This document shows, piece by piece, positions 1 to 12,635 of a stretch of DNA of 64,000 nucleotides; the stretch's first letter is position 1; each line of letters starts with the position of its first letter. A model generated the notes under the pieces. The model made no database searches, was not told where the DNA came from, and was given only the letters and a program-made list of their open reading frames with translations. Source of the stretch: Mobula hypostoma (Eukaryota). Location: positions 198,464,001 through 198,528,000 of the forward strand of contig NC_086100.1 of the NCBI RefSeq assembly GCF_963921235.1, in the 5' to 3' direction. The translations under genes and the position numbers were made by a program.

Positions 1-429
1 TGCTGTAGTTCCAAATAAATAAATAAATTGCATATTCTCCAAACTCTTGGGGAGTGTTTCCAAAGTCACTATATCCCACACAGTGATGTGCTGTGCTCTA
101 GACAAGCCCAAAGTCGAAGTCCTGTTTGAGAGGTAGGCCAGGATAGGTTATCGGTACAAGCAACACATTTCACGACTTAGGGCAGAGACTAGATGCAGAG
201 AGTATGTTTCCAATGGCAGGAGTTCAGGACCAGGAGTCAAAGTCAAGTTTATTGTCATCTGCTCAAGTCCATGTGTGCACAGGTCACTGCCCACCCGCTA
301 CAGCAGCACCACAGGCACAGTGCATCAGATAAGCAGCATTCACAAGCAAAACACAACTTTACCATAAATTATACAAGAAAATACAAATCAGTCAAAAAAA
401 AATCCATCAAATTCCAGTGGAATTTTCAT

Positions 430-1040
430 TGAAAGTGAATCACATGTAGACAGGGCGGTGAAGAAGGCTTTACCACACTGACCTTCATCAGTCTGAGCAT
501 TGAGTACAGGAGCTGGGACATTAAGTTGCAGTGTTGGGAGGCCACACTTGGAGTGTGGGGTACAGTTCGATCATCCTGTTGTAGGAAGGATGCGGTTGAA
601 CTGGAGAGAGTGCAGAAAAGATTTACCAGGCTGCTATTGGCTCTAGAAGGCCGATTTGTTGGGAGAAGTTGGCCAAGATAGGTCTTTATTGCTAAGGGGA
701 CTGAAGGGCAACCTTATAGAAATATATGAAGTTAACAGAGGCATAGATACAGTGGATGGTAACAGACTTTTCCTAGGGTAGAGGCGTAGATTTAGGGTGA
801 AACGGGAAACATTTAAAGGGACAACTTTTCTTCCCAGGGTGTGGTGAGTATATGGAATGAGCTGCCAGAGGAAGTGGTTGTGGCAGGTACAACAGTAGAT
901 ATCATGGGCAGGTACATGGAGAGGTGGGGATTAGAGGGATATGGGCCGAACGCAGGAAATTGGGACTCGCTGGATGGGCATCGCGGTCGGAATGGATTGG
1001 TTGGGCCGAAGGGTCTGTATCTGCGCTGTTCTGCTCTGTG
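430..1040 (+). mobile_element. CR1-clade LINE 3' fragment (decayed)
   Basis: Remnants of ESHVDRAVKK, LERVQKRFTR and VSIWNELPEEVV, followed by the gggccgaagggtctgt tail. Confidence 0.85.
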
Positions 1041-1070
1041 ACGGCGACTCTGTGGGACTGTCTCACTTGC

Positions 1071-1230
1071 CGTGCGTGTTATTTGTGATCCTGCGCATGT
1101 CCCCAGATTCAATGTTCTCCGCCGTATCACTGACCACACTCCCGCGCCAAGGCGGGCCGCTGGGTCCCAAGTTGCTAACGGACCGCAGATCCAGGGAGTT
1201 GTCCGTTTCCTGACGCTGGACTGAATCCAT
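1071..1230 (-). other. Candidate first coding exon of an unidentified minus-strand gene
   Basis: Unique CpG-retaining island between two CR1 copies. Start context gccaaaATGG; 53 codons MDSVQRQETDNSLDLRSVSNLGPSGPPWRGSVVSDTAENIESGDMRRITNNTH; ends at ACG|GCAAGT (GC-type donor) or AA|GTGAGA. No homologue recognised. Confidence 0.3.
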
Positions 1231-1354
1231 TTTGGCTGCCTGCACATTGCTCAGTCAAATTTCTTTCCGTGCTGAGTAACTCGTTGTCAACTTGTTCTGC
1301 AGCGTGAAGGCACCGTCTTTACCAAGGAGTGCGCAGCAGAGGAAATCCGTCAGA

Positions 1355-1965
1355 GCATGACACAGGAGCAGAATTCGGCCATTCGGTCCATCGAGTCCGC
1401 TCCGCTATTCCATCATGGCTGATTTATTAACCCTCTCAACCCCATTCTCCTGACTTCTCCCTGTGACCTTTGATGCCCTGACTAATCAAGAACCTATCAA
1501 TCTCCGTTTTAGATATACCCAGTGACTCGGCCTTCACTGCAGTATGTGGCAATGAATTCCATAGATTCACCACCCTCTGGCTAAAGAAATTCCTCCTCAT
1601 CTCTGTTCTAAAGGGACGTCCCTCTATTCTGAGGCTGTACCCTCTGGTCCTAAACATCCTCATCACATCCACTCCATCGAGGACTTCCAATATTCAGTAG
1701 GTTTCAATGAGATCCACACTCACTCTTCTAAATTCCGGCAAGTACAGGCCCAAAGACATCAAACACTCCTGAAATGTTAACCCTTTCTTTCCCGGGAACT
1801 TTCTTGTAAACCTTCTTTGGACCATCTCCGATGCCAGAAAATCCTTTCTCAGATAAGGGGCACAAAACTACTCACAATTCTCCAAGTGCGGTCTGACCAA
1901 TGCTTTATAAAGTCTCAGCATTACATCCTTGCTCCTGTATTCTAGTCCTCCGGAAATGAATGATA
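1355..1965 (-). mobile_element. CR1-clade LINE 3' fragment
   Basis: ORF 1436-1690 RTEMRRNFFSQRVVNLWNSLP is the CR1 ORF2 C-terminus. Confidence 0.88.
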
Positions 1966-2241
1966 ATCCGTTCTTGTTTTTACTCCAAGTGTGGAAATTT
2001 TGATCACAAGTCAATTGCTGACTGTGTTCATATTTGCTCGGCTGTGTTGCAGTTCAGTTGGAGCTTTGTACTTTGGCGAGGTTAGTTACATCTATCCCGG
2101 TGCTATTGCTGATTACATTTTGTTATCCTTGTAGTAGGTTGGATAATTTATAATTGGATCAGTATGTAATGTTTTGTTTCTTTGTTCAGTTGTGAATGCC
2201 CACAAGAAACTGACTCTCAGAGTATTATATAGTGACAAATA

Positions 2242-2307
2242 CGGTACTGTGCAAATGTCTTGGGTAATATGTATAGCTAGAGTGCCCCAGACTTCTGCAC
2301 AGCACTG
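2242..2307. mobile_element. Tc1/mariner-type mini-MITE (about 66 bp)
   Basis: TA|cggtactgtgcaaatgtctt...agacttctgcacagcactg|tg: imperfect terminal inverted repeats at a TA site. A second partial copy lies at about 2725-2773. Confidence 0.6.
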
Positions 2308-3777
2308 TGTTTGTCTGCATGGAGCGGAGAGCCAGTTTGTAAATCTACTGGGAGCATAGTGTGTTGGGAATGGTGAGGCTGGAGTGCTGCAGGAGGGGTG
2401 AGAGACCGATGGCAGAGAAGGAGTGCCAGGGCAGGAGGGTGGCGCGGGTGCAGACACACCCAGCCCTGAGACACCAGGCAAGATCATTTGATACAAAACA
2501 GTTGGTTTATTGATCATTACAGAATGTCCCTCTGGTGCATCTCACTCCCTCCCCTCTCCCTTCCCCTTTGTCCAACCATGATTCCCCTCTCCCTGCCCCC
2601 TTCCCACTCTCAGTCCACGATAGGGACCCATATAAGAATTGGGTTTATCATCACTCATACATGTCATCAAATTTGTTTGTTGTTTTCTTGTGGCAGCAGT
2701 ACAGTGCAATACATAAAATTACTATGGCACCCTAGCTGTATATATGTCCCTAGGACTTTAATACAGTACTGTACTGTACATACTACAATAATAAAATTTA
2801 TTTCAACTTTTCAACCTTGAGTTTGAGTTTGGTCATGTTATTTGTGTAAAAATCCCATTAAATACAGCAAATAACATTGATATTTGAGACTGTCATTGTT
2901 CAGTGAGTGTGTAGAATTTTGTGGCTTTTATGATGTGGGTCTTTTGATGTTGGATTGGTATGTTATTTTAATTTTAGCTTGGAATGTTTATGTTGAATTT
3001 GTTACAGTTTATTCAGTGAGCTGAATTTATCGGAGTTTGAGAGATGATTGGATTGTTCTACTTAACCATATTTGATGAATTTATAATTTGTATGTAGCTA
3101 GTTTATTGTTCTGTGGATGTATTTTATTTGACAGAATCTGTAAGTGGTTTACATCTGCAAAGTTGCTTGTGTTTCTGGTTTAATATAGATCATTTGGTAT
3201 GTTGTTTCAAGATTGTTTAATGTTTAATGTGATTTCCAGTACACAAGAGTAAAGGAGAATGAAATGATTGTTACTCTGGATCTGATGCAACACAGAAAAA
3301 ACCACAATAAGATAAAGAACACAATAATAAAAACATAAATAAATATAAAAAAGCCAAGATAGCTTATGTGGAGAGATTGATTGTATGTCCATAAAGTGAT
3401 GCTAGGCACAGAAATGTCTATATATAAAATGACAGACAGGAAATGATAAAGTAGTGGTGGTTGGGGGTGTGGAGGGGTGGGTTACTGAGTGGAGGTGTTA
3501 GTCAGCTTTACTGATTGGGAAAAGTAACTGTTTTTGAATCTGGTGGTCCTGGCGTGGATGCTACGTAGCCTCCTTCCTGATGGGAGTGGGACAAACAGTC
3601 TATGAGCAGGGTGGGTGGGATCCTTCATGATGTTTCCGGCACCTTTCTGTATTTATGTCCTTGACAGTGAGCAGGCTGGTGCCGGTGATGCATTGGGCAG
3701 TTTTGACCACCCATCATGGTTACAGCTACAGAGAAAAGACGGTGTGGGTAAATAATAAGGTGTACGATCACAATGAG

Positions 3778-4055
3778 GGGTGGCATGGTTAGCACAATGT
3801 TTTACAGTACCAGTGTCCTGGGTTCAATACCGAGCACTGCCTATAAGGAGTTAGTGCATTCTCTCTGTGACCGTGTGGATTTCCTCCAGTTGTTCCGGTT
3901 TCATCTCACTGTCCAAAGATGTACTGGTTGGTAGGTTACTTGGTCATTGTAAATTGTCCCGTGATTATGCTAGGATTAAATTGGGGGTTGCTTGGTGGTT
4001 CGGCTTGGACACCCAGAAGGGGCTGCTCTGCACTGTATCTTCATGAATAAATAAA
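3778..4055 (+). mobile_element. tRNA-derived V-SINE (HE1-like)
   Basis: tRNA-like head with gggttcaatacc B-box, V-domain gtgtggatttcctccagttgttccggtttc...tccaaaga, and AT tail. Other copies on the minus strand at about 14760-15000, 26215-26380, 43580-43720 and 48000-48210. Confidence 0.7.
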
Positions 4056-4364
4056 CAAGGTAGATTGTGAGCTCAAGGTTCCATCTTATCACTCTGGGGA
4101 ACCGTTCAAGTCTGATAACAGTACGAGAGATGCTCTGAATATTGTGCTTTCTGCAAGTTGAATTTAAAATTTGTTGCATTTTATTATTACTATTTTAATA
4201 AGTAGATTTTGTAATTGTAACACTTTTTGTTTGAAGTATTTTGTGTCTTTGCATTACATTGCTTGACTATAGAGGTTGGGTTATTGGATTTTGAAGCTAT
4301 TGGTATTCTGTTCAATTACGCTTTTTTTTGCATTTGTTGAAGATGCCATTTTTTTTAGTATTCG

Positions 4365-4743
4365 TACTTACTGCCTTTTACGGCACTGGTGTTTAAGGCA
4401 GCAATGAATGTCTTCTATCTCTGTCTGACCTTGGCCATCTTCTCTATTGTGCCCCAAGAGTGGTTCAGGGTCCTCAGGCGCACACAGGTATAGAAGGGTT
4501 CTATATTGCTGTTTCTGTAACAATTTATTTTGACAGTCAGGGTTGTTAACCCTGAGCTGGACTCCCCTGAACATGGAGGATGGGTGGACCATTCTTAGTC
4601 TGGCCTCTACCCTTTGACCTGTTGGCATGGGTGACCTTATCAATAGCAAAAGCGTAAAGTCCTGACTCCCGCCAACAAAGCTCTCCAGATCATTGAGGTA
4701 CGCGAGCCTCCAAACCCTACGACAAGGTTGTGGTCCTCTTGGA
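4365..4743 (-). mobile_element. RTE-derived bipartite non-autonomous element
   Basis: 5' end cacaaccttgtcgtagggtttggaggctcgcgtacctcaatga resembles the BovB/RTE 5' UTR. It is fused to an RTE ORF C-terminus LRTLNHSWGTIEKMAKVRQR*KTFIAALN and a short agta tail. Confidence 0.65.
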
Positions 4744-5904
4744 TGTTTTCTGTATTCATTTTAGTTTAAATGAGAGAGGAAATGTTTGAACGGATAGAAG
4801 GGGTTAAAGACAGAGTATAGGAGTAGGATATGAAAGGGAAGTTGAGGTATTTTTTATAAAGAGAGAAATAGTCAAATGTAATGTTCTAGAATAACGGAAT
4901 GAAACTGATGTTTGAGTGAAACTTGGGACTTTCTGTACTCTAAACAGGATCGCAGAATCACAATCGCATTTATTACTACTGACGTATGACGTGGTATCAT
5001 AAAGCAGTGATTGGGGCTGTGCAGCAGACTGAAGAATCCAATGGCTTTGAGAAATCAAGGGTCAAGGATCAGCTTTATTCACCATATACATTTACATGTT
5101 TGAGGAATTTACCGTGGTGTGTTGGCGCGGCATGCACCGAAAACAACATTCAACGATAACATAAAAAATAAAGCCAGAGGTTAAAGTATGAATATGGAAT
5201 AAAATGTGCATAAATATATAAATACCAGCAAGTATTTATGAAACAGCTTTATAAAAAGTGGACTAAAGTGTTTACAGTGAAGTGACCGAGCTAATAGATA
5301 ATGGAGGGCTAACTAGAAAGGTTGATCAGATCAACTGTCTGGGGGGAAGAAACTTTTAAGAAGGCATGAAGTATTGGTTTTATAGTGCTATAGTGCTTTC
5401 TAGAAGGAAGCTTTTTGAAAAAGACAGTTTGCAGGGTGACTAGTGTCAGATAAAGACATGAAGTTGCTATCAAGTATAAGAAACAAATGGATAATGTAGA
5501 AAAAGGAATAATGAGGTAGTGTTCATGGATTCATGAACCATTTGAAAGCTGATGGCAGAGGGGAAGAAGATGTTTCTGAAACACTGAGTGTGTGTCTTCA
5601 GGCTCCTGTATCTCCTCCCTGATGGTAGCAGTGAGAAGAGGGCACGCCTGGAAGGTGAGGATCCCTAATGATGGATATCGCCTTCTTGAGCCACTGTCTC
5701 TAAAAGATGTCCTCGATGGTGGAGAGGGCTGTGTCCATGCTATAGCCGGCTGAGCCTACAACACTCTGCAGCCTCGTCGTTTGTCTTTGCTAGGGAAAAG
5801 CTGCTTCCATCAAAACGGGGAAGGAATAAGAACTGGTGATATGAAGTGGGACTAGAAATGATAGAGGAGACATTTAAAAGGCTACTTAAATGTCAAAATA
5901 GCAA

Positions 5905-6850
5905 TAAGATCTAGGAGCAGAATTAAGTCATTCAGCCCATCGAGTCAGCTCCGCCATTCCAACATGATTGAATTAAGATCATAGGACCATAAGATATAGG
6001 AGCAAAATTAGGCCATTTGGCCCATCGAGTCTGCTCCAGCATTTCATTATGGCTGATCCATTTTCCTTCTCAGCCCCAATCTCCTGCCTTGTCCCCATAT
6101 CCTTTCATGCCCTGACCAATATATCAACCTATCCCTTAAATATAGCCAATGTTTTGGCCTCCACAGCCACCTGAGGCAAATAATTCCACAGATTCATCAC
6201 TCTCTGGCTAAAGAAATTCTTCCTCATCTCCATTCTAAAAGGATGCACTCTATTCTGAGGTTTCAATGAGATCCCTGCCATTCTTCTAAACTCCAGTCAC
6301 TACAGACCCAGAGCCATCAAACACTCCTCATATGTTAACTCTTTTATTCCTGGGATCATTCTCGTGAACCTTCGCTGGACTCTCTCCAATGCCAGCACAT
6401 CCTTTCTTAGTTACGAGCTCAAAGCTGCTCACTATGCTCCAATGACCAATGTCTTAGTAATATATCCTTGCTTTTATATCCTTGTCCTCCTGAGTGAATG
6501 CTAACACTGTATTTGCCATCCTGACCACTGATTCACCCTGCAAGTTAACCTTTATGGAATCCTGCACCATGATTCCCACTCGCTTTGCACCTCCGATTTA
6601 TAAATTTTCTCCCTGTTAAGACTATGCCTTTATTCCATCTACCAAAGTGCATGACCATGCACTTCTCTACACCAGATTCCATCTGCCACTTCTTTGCCCT
6701 TTCTTTGAAACTAAGTCCTTTTGCAGACTCACTGCTTCCTCAAACTACCTGCCCCTCCACCTTTCTTCGTATCATCCGCAATTTTGGTCACAAAGCCACC
6801 AATTCCCTCATCCAAATCATTGACATATAATGTGAAAGGAAACAGTCCCT
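5905..6850 (-). mobile_element. CR1-clade LINE 3' portion
   Basis: Reverse complement of the RT C-terminal region (FADDTK...WAKKWQMES...KCMVMH) and the CR1 tail. Confidence 0.85.
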
Positions 6851-6944
6851 GTGAAAATCCTTTATTTTCTTAATCAAACCCTCACAGGCAAATTTATGTA
6901 GGTATATTATGTCTTGTCAGTTTTGTTGTATCTTACTGTGTGGT

Positions 6945-7485
6945 TCCCTAAGGTTGTTATAGTTGGGGGTGGTAATGGGGAAAAACTCCCACTGCATATT
7001 AAATTCTCCCAGTGGTGTGCACCTCAAATAGTCTCTGACAGCCAGGTCTGTCTCCTAGCCTTCACGTGTGGCTTAGCTACTAAGCCCAGCAGAACAGTTT
7101 CTGCTGACTGGAGAAGGGGCAAAGGCATGTTACTGGCCCCTTATAATCGATTGCTTTGGATTCATGGGGCTTGTCAGCTGTGGTTGGCAGCTCATTTGGG
7201 AGAAGGAAAACTCTGCTCTCATACCTCCATTGCTTTACCCACTCATGGGGAAGGCGTCAGGAGTAAACCCTGAGGGAAAAATCTGGAGCTGGAGTCCCTG
7301 AGGCAGTCCTGTGTTGAGTTCAACACTGACTGGCAACTTCTACCACACTGCTGATACCAAACTGTATCGGCCTCGGCCGTTCCTCTGGGTTTAACTGCTT
7401 GTTTTCCATATCGTACTGCCTAGGCTTGCGTATCGAGACAGCTAGGATGCGATAACCATGATCGACCCTGACCGACGGAGGCCGC
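6945..7485 (+). mobile_element. RTE-related non-autonomous repeat
   Basis: A second copy of its 5' half lies on the minus strand at about 21900-22170. Its 3' end resembles the tail of the SINE at 15405-15713. Confidence 0.5.
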
Positions 7486-7808
7486 CCACACTCGTTGTGT
7501 TTGTCATAATGTCTGCTTGCCTGAAACTTCTCTAGTTTTATTGGTTTATCACTGTCATGTGTCCCAAGGCCCAGTGAAACAACCTCCCTTGCCGACAGGC
7601 CACTCTGTCCATCAGTTTACCGTGGTAGTGAAAATCTTCCCTTGCACCTGATGCAGCCAAACCGTTCTGTCCATTATATACCATAGCAGTGCAGAAGGAA
7701 AACAGTCACAGGATGCAGAATAAAGTAAAAAGTCATCCAAGGTGCAAGGTCATAATGAGATAGATTGTGAGAGTCCGTTTTATTGTACTAGTGGTCCATT
7801 CAATGGTC

Positions 7809-8338
7809 TTAGATCATGAGAACACTCAGTCCTCTTTTATTGTCATTTAGAAATGCATACATGCATTAAGAAATGATACAATGTTTCTCCAGAGTGATAT
7901 CACAGAAACAGGACAGACCAAAGACTAACACTGACAGAACCACATAATTATAACATATAGTTACAGCAGTGCAGAGCAATACCATAATTTAATGAAGAAC
8001 AAACCATGCGCATGGTAAAAAAAGTCTCAAAGTCCCGAGTCGATCGACTCCTGAGTCCCCGATAGCAGGCAGCAAAAGGGAGAAACTCTCTGCCATAAAC
8101 CTCTAGGCACCGTCAACTTGCCGATGCCTTGGAAGCAGCCAACCACAGCCCACACTGAGTCCATCCGTCCAAAAACTTTGAGCCTCCGACCAGCCCTTCC
8201 AATACAGCCTCCCGAGCGCCAGCCTCTGCCGAGCGCCTTCGACCTCTCCCCAGCCGCTGAAACACGCAAAGCCGAGGATTTTGGGGCCTTCAGCTCTGAA
8301 GATTCCGGTTACCACACAGTAGCAGCGGCAGCGAAGCA
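7809..8338 (-). mobile_element. 5'-truncated copy of the YY1-headed non-autonomous retroposon
   Basis: Reverse complement aligns by eye to about 22910-23421. Confidence 0.7.
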
Positions 8339-10530
8339 ATTTGAGAAGGAGAAGTTAAAGTCAGATGTAACAGTGTAACAGTGGGGCGAAGGGAATTACA
8401 GAGTCACGAGAGAGGAGCTGGCCACTGGCAGTGATGACGGCAGAGCAGCAATGGCTGGAATTTTTGGAAGCAATTCAGAAGGCACAGGATATATACATTC
8501 CAAAGAGGAAGAAGTATTCTAAAGGCAAGGTGACAACACAGTGACTGACACAAGAAGTCAATGCCAACATAAAAGCCAAAGGAGGGTATATAACAGAGCA
8601 AAATTTCGTGGGAAGTTAGAGGATTGGGAAGCTTTTAAAAACCAACAAAAGACAACTAAAGGAGTCATAAATAACAAGATAGAATACAAAGATAAGCTAG
8701 CCAATAATATTAGAGGATAACAGAAGTTTCTTCAGATATATGATGTGTAAAAGAGAGATGAGAGAAGATATTGGATCACCAGGAAATGATGCTGTTCAGG
8801 TAGTAGTGAGGGACAAGGAAATGACAGACATGCTAAATAGGTATTTTGCATCAGTCTTCACTGTGGAAGACACTAGCTGTGTGGTGGAAGTTCAAGAACG
8901 TCGTGGGCAGAAAAGTGTGAAGTTACAATTACAAGGGAGAAGTTTCTTGGAAAACTGAAAGTTTTAAAGGTGGATAAGTCACTGGACCAGAAGGTATACA
9001 CCCCAGGTTGAGGCTTTGAAAGAGATGGCTGAAGAGATTGTGGAAACATTAGTAAAGATCTTTCAAGAATCAATTGATTCTGGCATTGTTTCGGAGCAAT
9101 GGAAAATTGCAATTGTCACTCCACTATTCAAGAAGACAGGCAGAAAGGAAATGATAAGCAAGTTAGTCTGATCTCAGTGGGTTGGGAAGATGTTGGAGTT
9201 GATTGTAAAGGATGTGTTGATTGTTTCAGGATACTTGGAGGCATATGATAAAAAAAAGGCCGTAGTCAGCATGGTTTCCTTCAGGGGAAATCTTGCCTGA
9301 CAAATCTTTTGGAATTCTTTGAAGAAATAACAAGCAGATAGACAAATGAGAATCAGTTGATGTTGTGTACTTTGATTTTCAGAAGGCCTTTGACAAGGTG
9401 CCACACATGAGGCTGCTTAACAAGTTAGGAGCCTGTGGTATTACAGGAAAGATTCTAGCATGGATAAAGCATTGGCTGATTGGCAGGGGGCAACGAGTGG
9501 GAATAAAAGGAGCATTTTCTGACTGGCTGCCAGTGACTAGTGGTGTTCCACAAAATCACAGTGTCTCTGTCAGGACAGCTTCTTTTCACATTATATGTCA
9601 ATGATCTGGATGATGGAATTGATGGGTTTGTGGCCAAGTTTGAGAATGATAGGTGGAAGGGCAGATAGTTTTGAGGAAGCAGAAAGGCTACAGAAGGACT
9701 GAAACAGATTAGGAGAATGGGCAAAGAAGTGGCAGATAAAATATAGTGTTGGGAAGTGTATGGTCATACACTTCAGTAGAAGAAGTAAAGGGTAGACTAT
9801 TTTCTAAATGAAGAGAATATTCCAAAATTTGAGATGCATTGGGACTTGGGAGCCCTTTGCAGGATTCCCTGCAGGTTAATTTGCAGCTTGAGTCAGTGGT
9901 GAGGAAGGCAAATGCAATGTTAGCATTCATTTCAAGAGGACTAGAATACAAAAGCAAGGATATAATGTTGAGGCTTTATGAAGCAGTGGTGAGGCCTCAC
10001 TTGTTGTGAGCAGTATGGTGCCCCTTATCTAAGAAAGGATGTGCTGATGTTGGAGAGGGTTCAAAGTAGGTTCATAAAAGTGATTTTGGGATTGAAAGAC
10101 GTCACATGAGGAGTATTTTATGGCTCTGGACATCAACTACTGGAATTCAGAAGCACGAGGGGTGGCCTCGTTGAACCTTATCGAATGGTGAAAGGCCTTG
10201 GTAGAGTGGATGTGGAGAGGATGTTTCCTATAGCGGGGGAGTCTATGACCAGATGACGCAGCCTCAGAATAGAGGGGCGTCCTTTTAGAAAAGAAAGGAT
10301 GAGGAATTTATTTAGCCAAGAGTAATGAATCTATGGAATTCATTGTTACAGGCAGATGTGGAGGCCATGTCATTGGGTATATTTAGGGCAGAGGTTGATA
10401 GATTCTTGAATAGTCAGGGCATGAAGGGATAAAGCATGAAGGGAGAAGGAAAATGGATCAGCAATGATGAAATGGCAGAGCAGACTTGATGGCCAAATGG
10501 CCTAATTCTGTTCCTGTATCCTGTGGTCTT
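8339..10530 (+). mobile_element. CR1-clade LINE, ~2.2 kb decayed ORF2
   Basis: YFASVFTVED, YFDFQKAFDKVPHMRLLNKL, WLPVTSGVPQ; many frameshifts; CR1 tail. Confidence 0.92.
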
Positions 10531-11624
10531 ACAGTGATAACAGTAAATAAATTGTACTGAGAACATAGTCGTAGAGTCCTTGAAATTGAATCTGTACATT
10601 GTGGAATCAGTTCATTGTTAGGGTGAGTGAAATTATCCACTCTAGTTCACGAACCTGATTGTTGAAGGGTAAGAACCATTCGTGAACCTGGTGCTGTGGC
10701 CCCTGAGGCTCCTGTACCTCCTTCCCAACTGCAGCAGTGAGAAATGAGCATGTCCCAGACGGTGGTGATTCTTGATGAGGGATGCTGCTCTCTTGTGGAA
10801 ATGCACCATGTAGATGTGCACATCGGTGGGAGGGCTTTGACTCTGATGGACTGGGCTGTGTTCACAATCTTCTGCATTTTCCTCTGGCCTCAGGCGATAC
10901 CAAGCTTTCATTTATTTCAACAGAATACTTCCAACCATGTATTTGTGAATATTGGCAAGAGTCAACAGGGAACATACTCAATTCTTTAGTCTTCTCAGGA
11001 AAGAGAGGTGCATAGAGTCTACAGGTATGGACCAAGACCAATTATTAATCTCAGCCATCTCTACCTCAGCACCACTGATACAGATAGGTGTGTACTCCAC
11101 CCCACTTCCTGATGTCAGTGGCCAGCTCTTCAATAGCACTTGGCTCAGATACATGCATTTGCCTGCACTTCAAAGTTAAAAGTTCAAAGTAATTTTATTA
11201 TCAATGCATATGCCACCATATTCAAACACCCTGAGGTTAGTTTTCTTCAGAACGTTCTCAAAAAACCGTGATAGAGTAATAACCATAATAGAACCTTACC
11301 AACTAACTGTTCAACCAGTGAGAAAAATAGTCAGAAACAGAAACAAATTTAATACCACTGGCATATGTTGTAAACAACAAGCAAACAGTGGCAATGAACT
11401 GTGAAAGTACAAGAAGAAAGAAATAATAATAATAAATAAAGAAGCAATTATCCTCTCTAGTTCAAGAGCCTGATGTTTGAGGGTAATAACTGTTCCTGAA
11501 CCTGGTAGTGTAGGTCCTGAAGCTCGTGTACCTTCTTCCTGATGGCAGCAGCGAGAAGAGAGTGTGCCCTGGGTGGTGGGGATCCCTAGTGATAGATGTT
11601 ACTTTCCTGTGACAACTCTTCCTG

Positions 11625-11885
11625 TTGCAATACACTTAAGATGCTGGAGGAACTCAGCAGACCAGGCAGCATCTATGGAAAAGAGTAAATAGTCAACTTT
11701 TCAGGCCAAGACCCTTCATCAGGATGGGAAAGGATGGGGAGAAGTCAGAGTAAGATGGTGGGGGGAGGGGAGGAAGAAGTACAAGATGCTCCCAACAGAC
11801 TCACAGGTGAGGTGTCCCTGGAAGGACTGTTTGGTGCCCTGAATAGTAGTGAGGGAGGAGGTGTGGCAGTTGTTCCACTTGCACC
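11625..11885 (-). mobile_element. Penelope-like element terminal fragment
   Basis: gatgctggaggaactcagcag...acccttcatcagg end shared with the 61168-62167 element. Confidence 0.7.
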
Positions 11886-12469
11886 TGGAAGGAAACCCAC
11901 ACAGCCACAGGGAGAATGTACAATCTCCTTACAGACAGGAGCAGGAATCAGACCCTGACCGGTAATGGCGTTATGTTAGCATGCCACTTGTCATGCTTTG
12001 TTATATCTTGTCTGCATGTCATCTAAAACTTTGACAAACTTCTGTAGATTCATAGTGAAGAGTATAGAGCATCAGTGCCTGGTGTGCAAACACCAACGCC
12101 CTTGAACAGAAAATCCTACAGAAAGTAATGGATATGGCCCAGTCCATCACATGTAAAGCCCCCACTCCCACCCCCAATATCGAGCGCATCGACACAGATG
12201 GTTGTCACAGGGAAGCAGCATCCATCATCAGGGACCCCCACAACCCAGGTCGTGCTCTCTTCTCGATGCTGCCGTCAGGAAGGAGGTAGAGGAGCCTCAG
12301 GATCCACATCACCATATTCAGGAACAGTTACTACCCCTCAACCATCAGGGTCCTGAAGCAGATGGAATAACCTCACTCAACTTCACTCGTCCCATCGCTG
12401 AACTGTTCCCACATCCTATGGACTCACTTTCAAGGACTTCATCTCATGTTCTCAATATTTATTGCTTGT

Positions 12470-12635
12470 TTGCTTATTTATTTATTTATCTATCTATCTG
12501 CCTGTCTTTCTGTTTGTTTATTTATCTATTTATTTATTTATTTATTTATTTATTCATTCCTTCATTCATTTATCCATTTATTTATTTATTTATTCATTCA
12601 TTCATTCATTTATTTATCTATTTATTTATTTATTC
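12470..12635 (+). repeat. (ATTT)n/(ATTC)n microsatellite within a Rex1-type 3' region
   Basis: Directly visible. Explains the F/I/Y/L-rich ORFs at 12202-13038. Confidence 0.9.
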
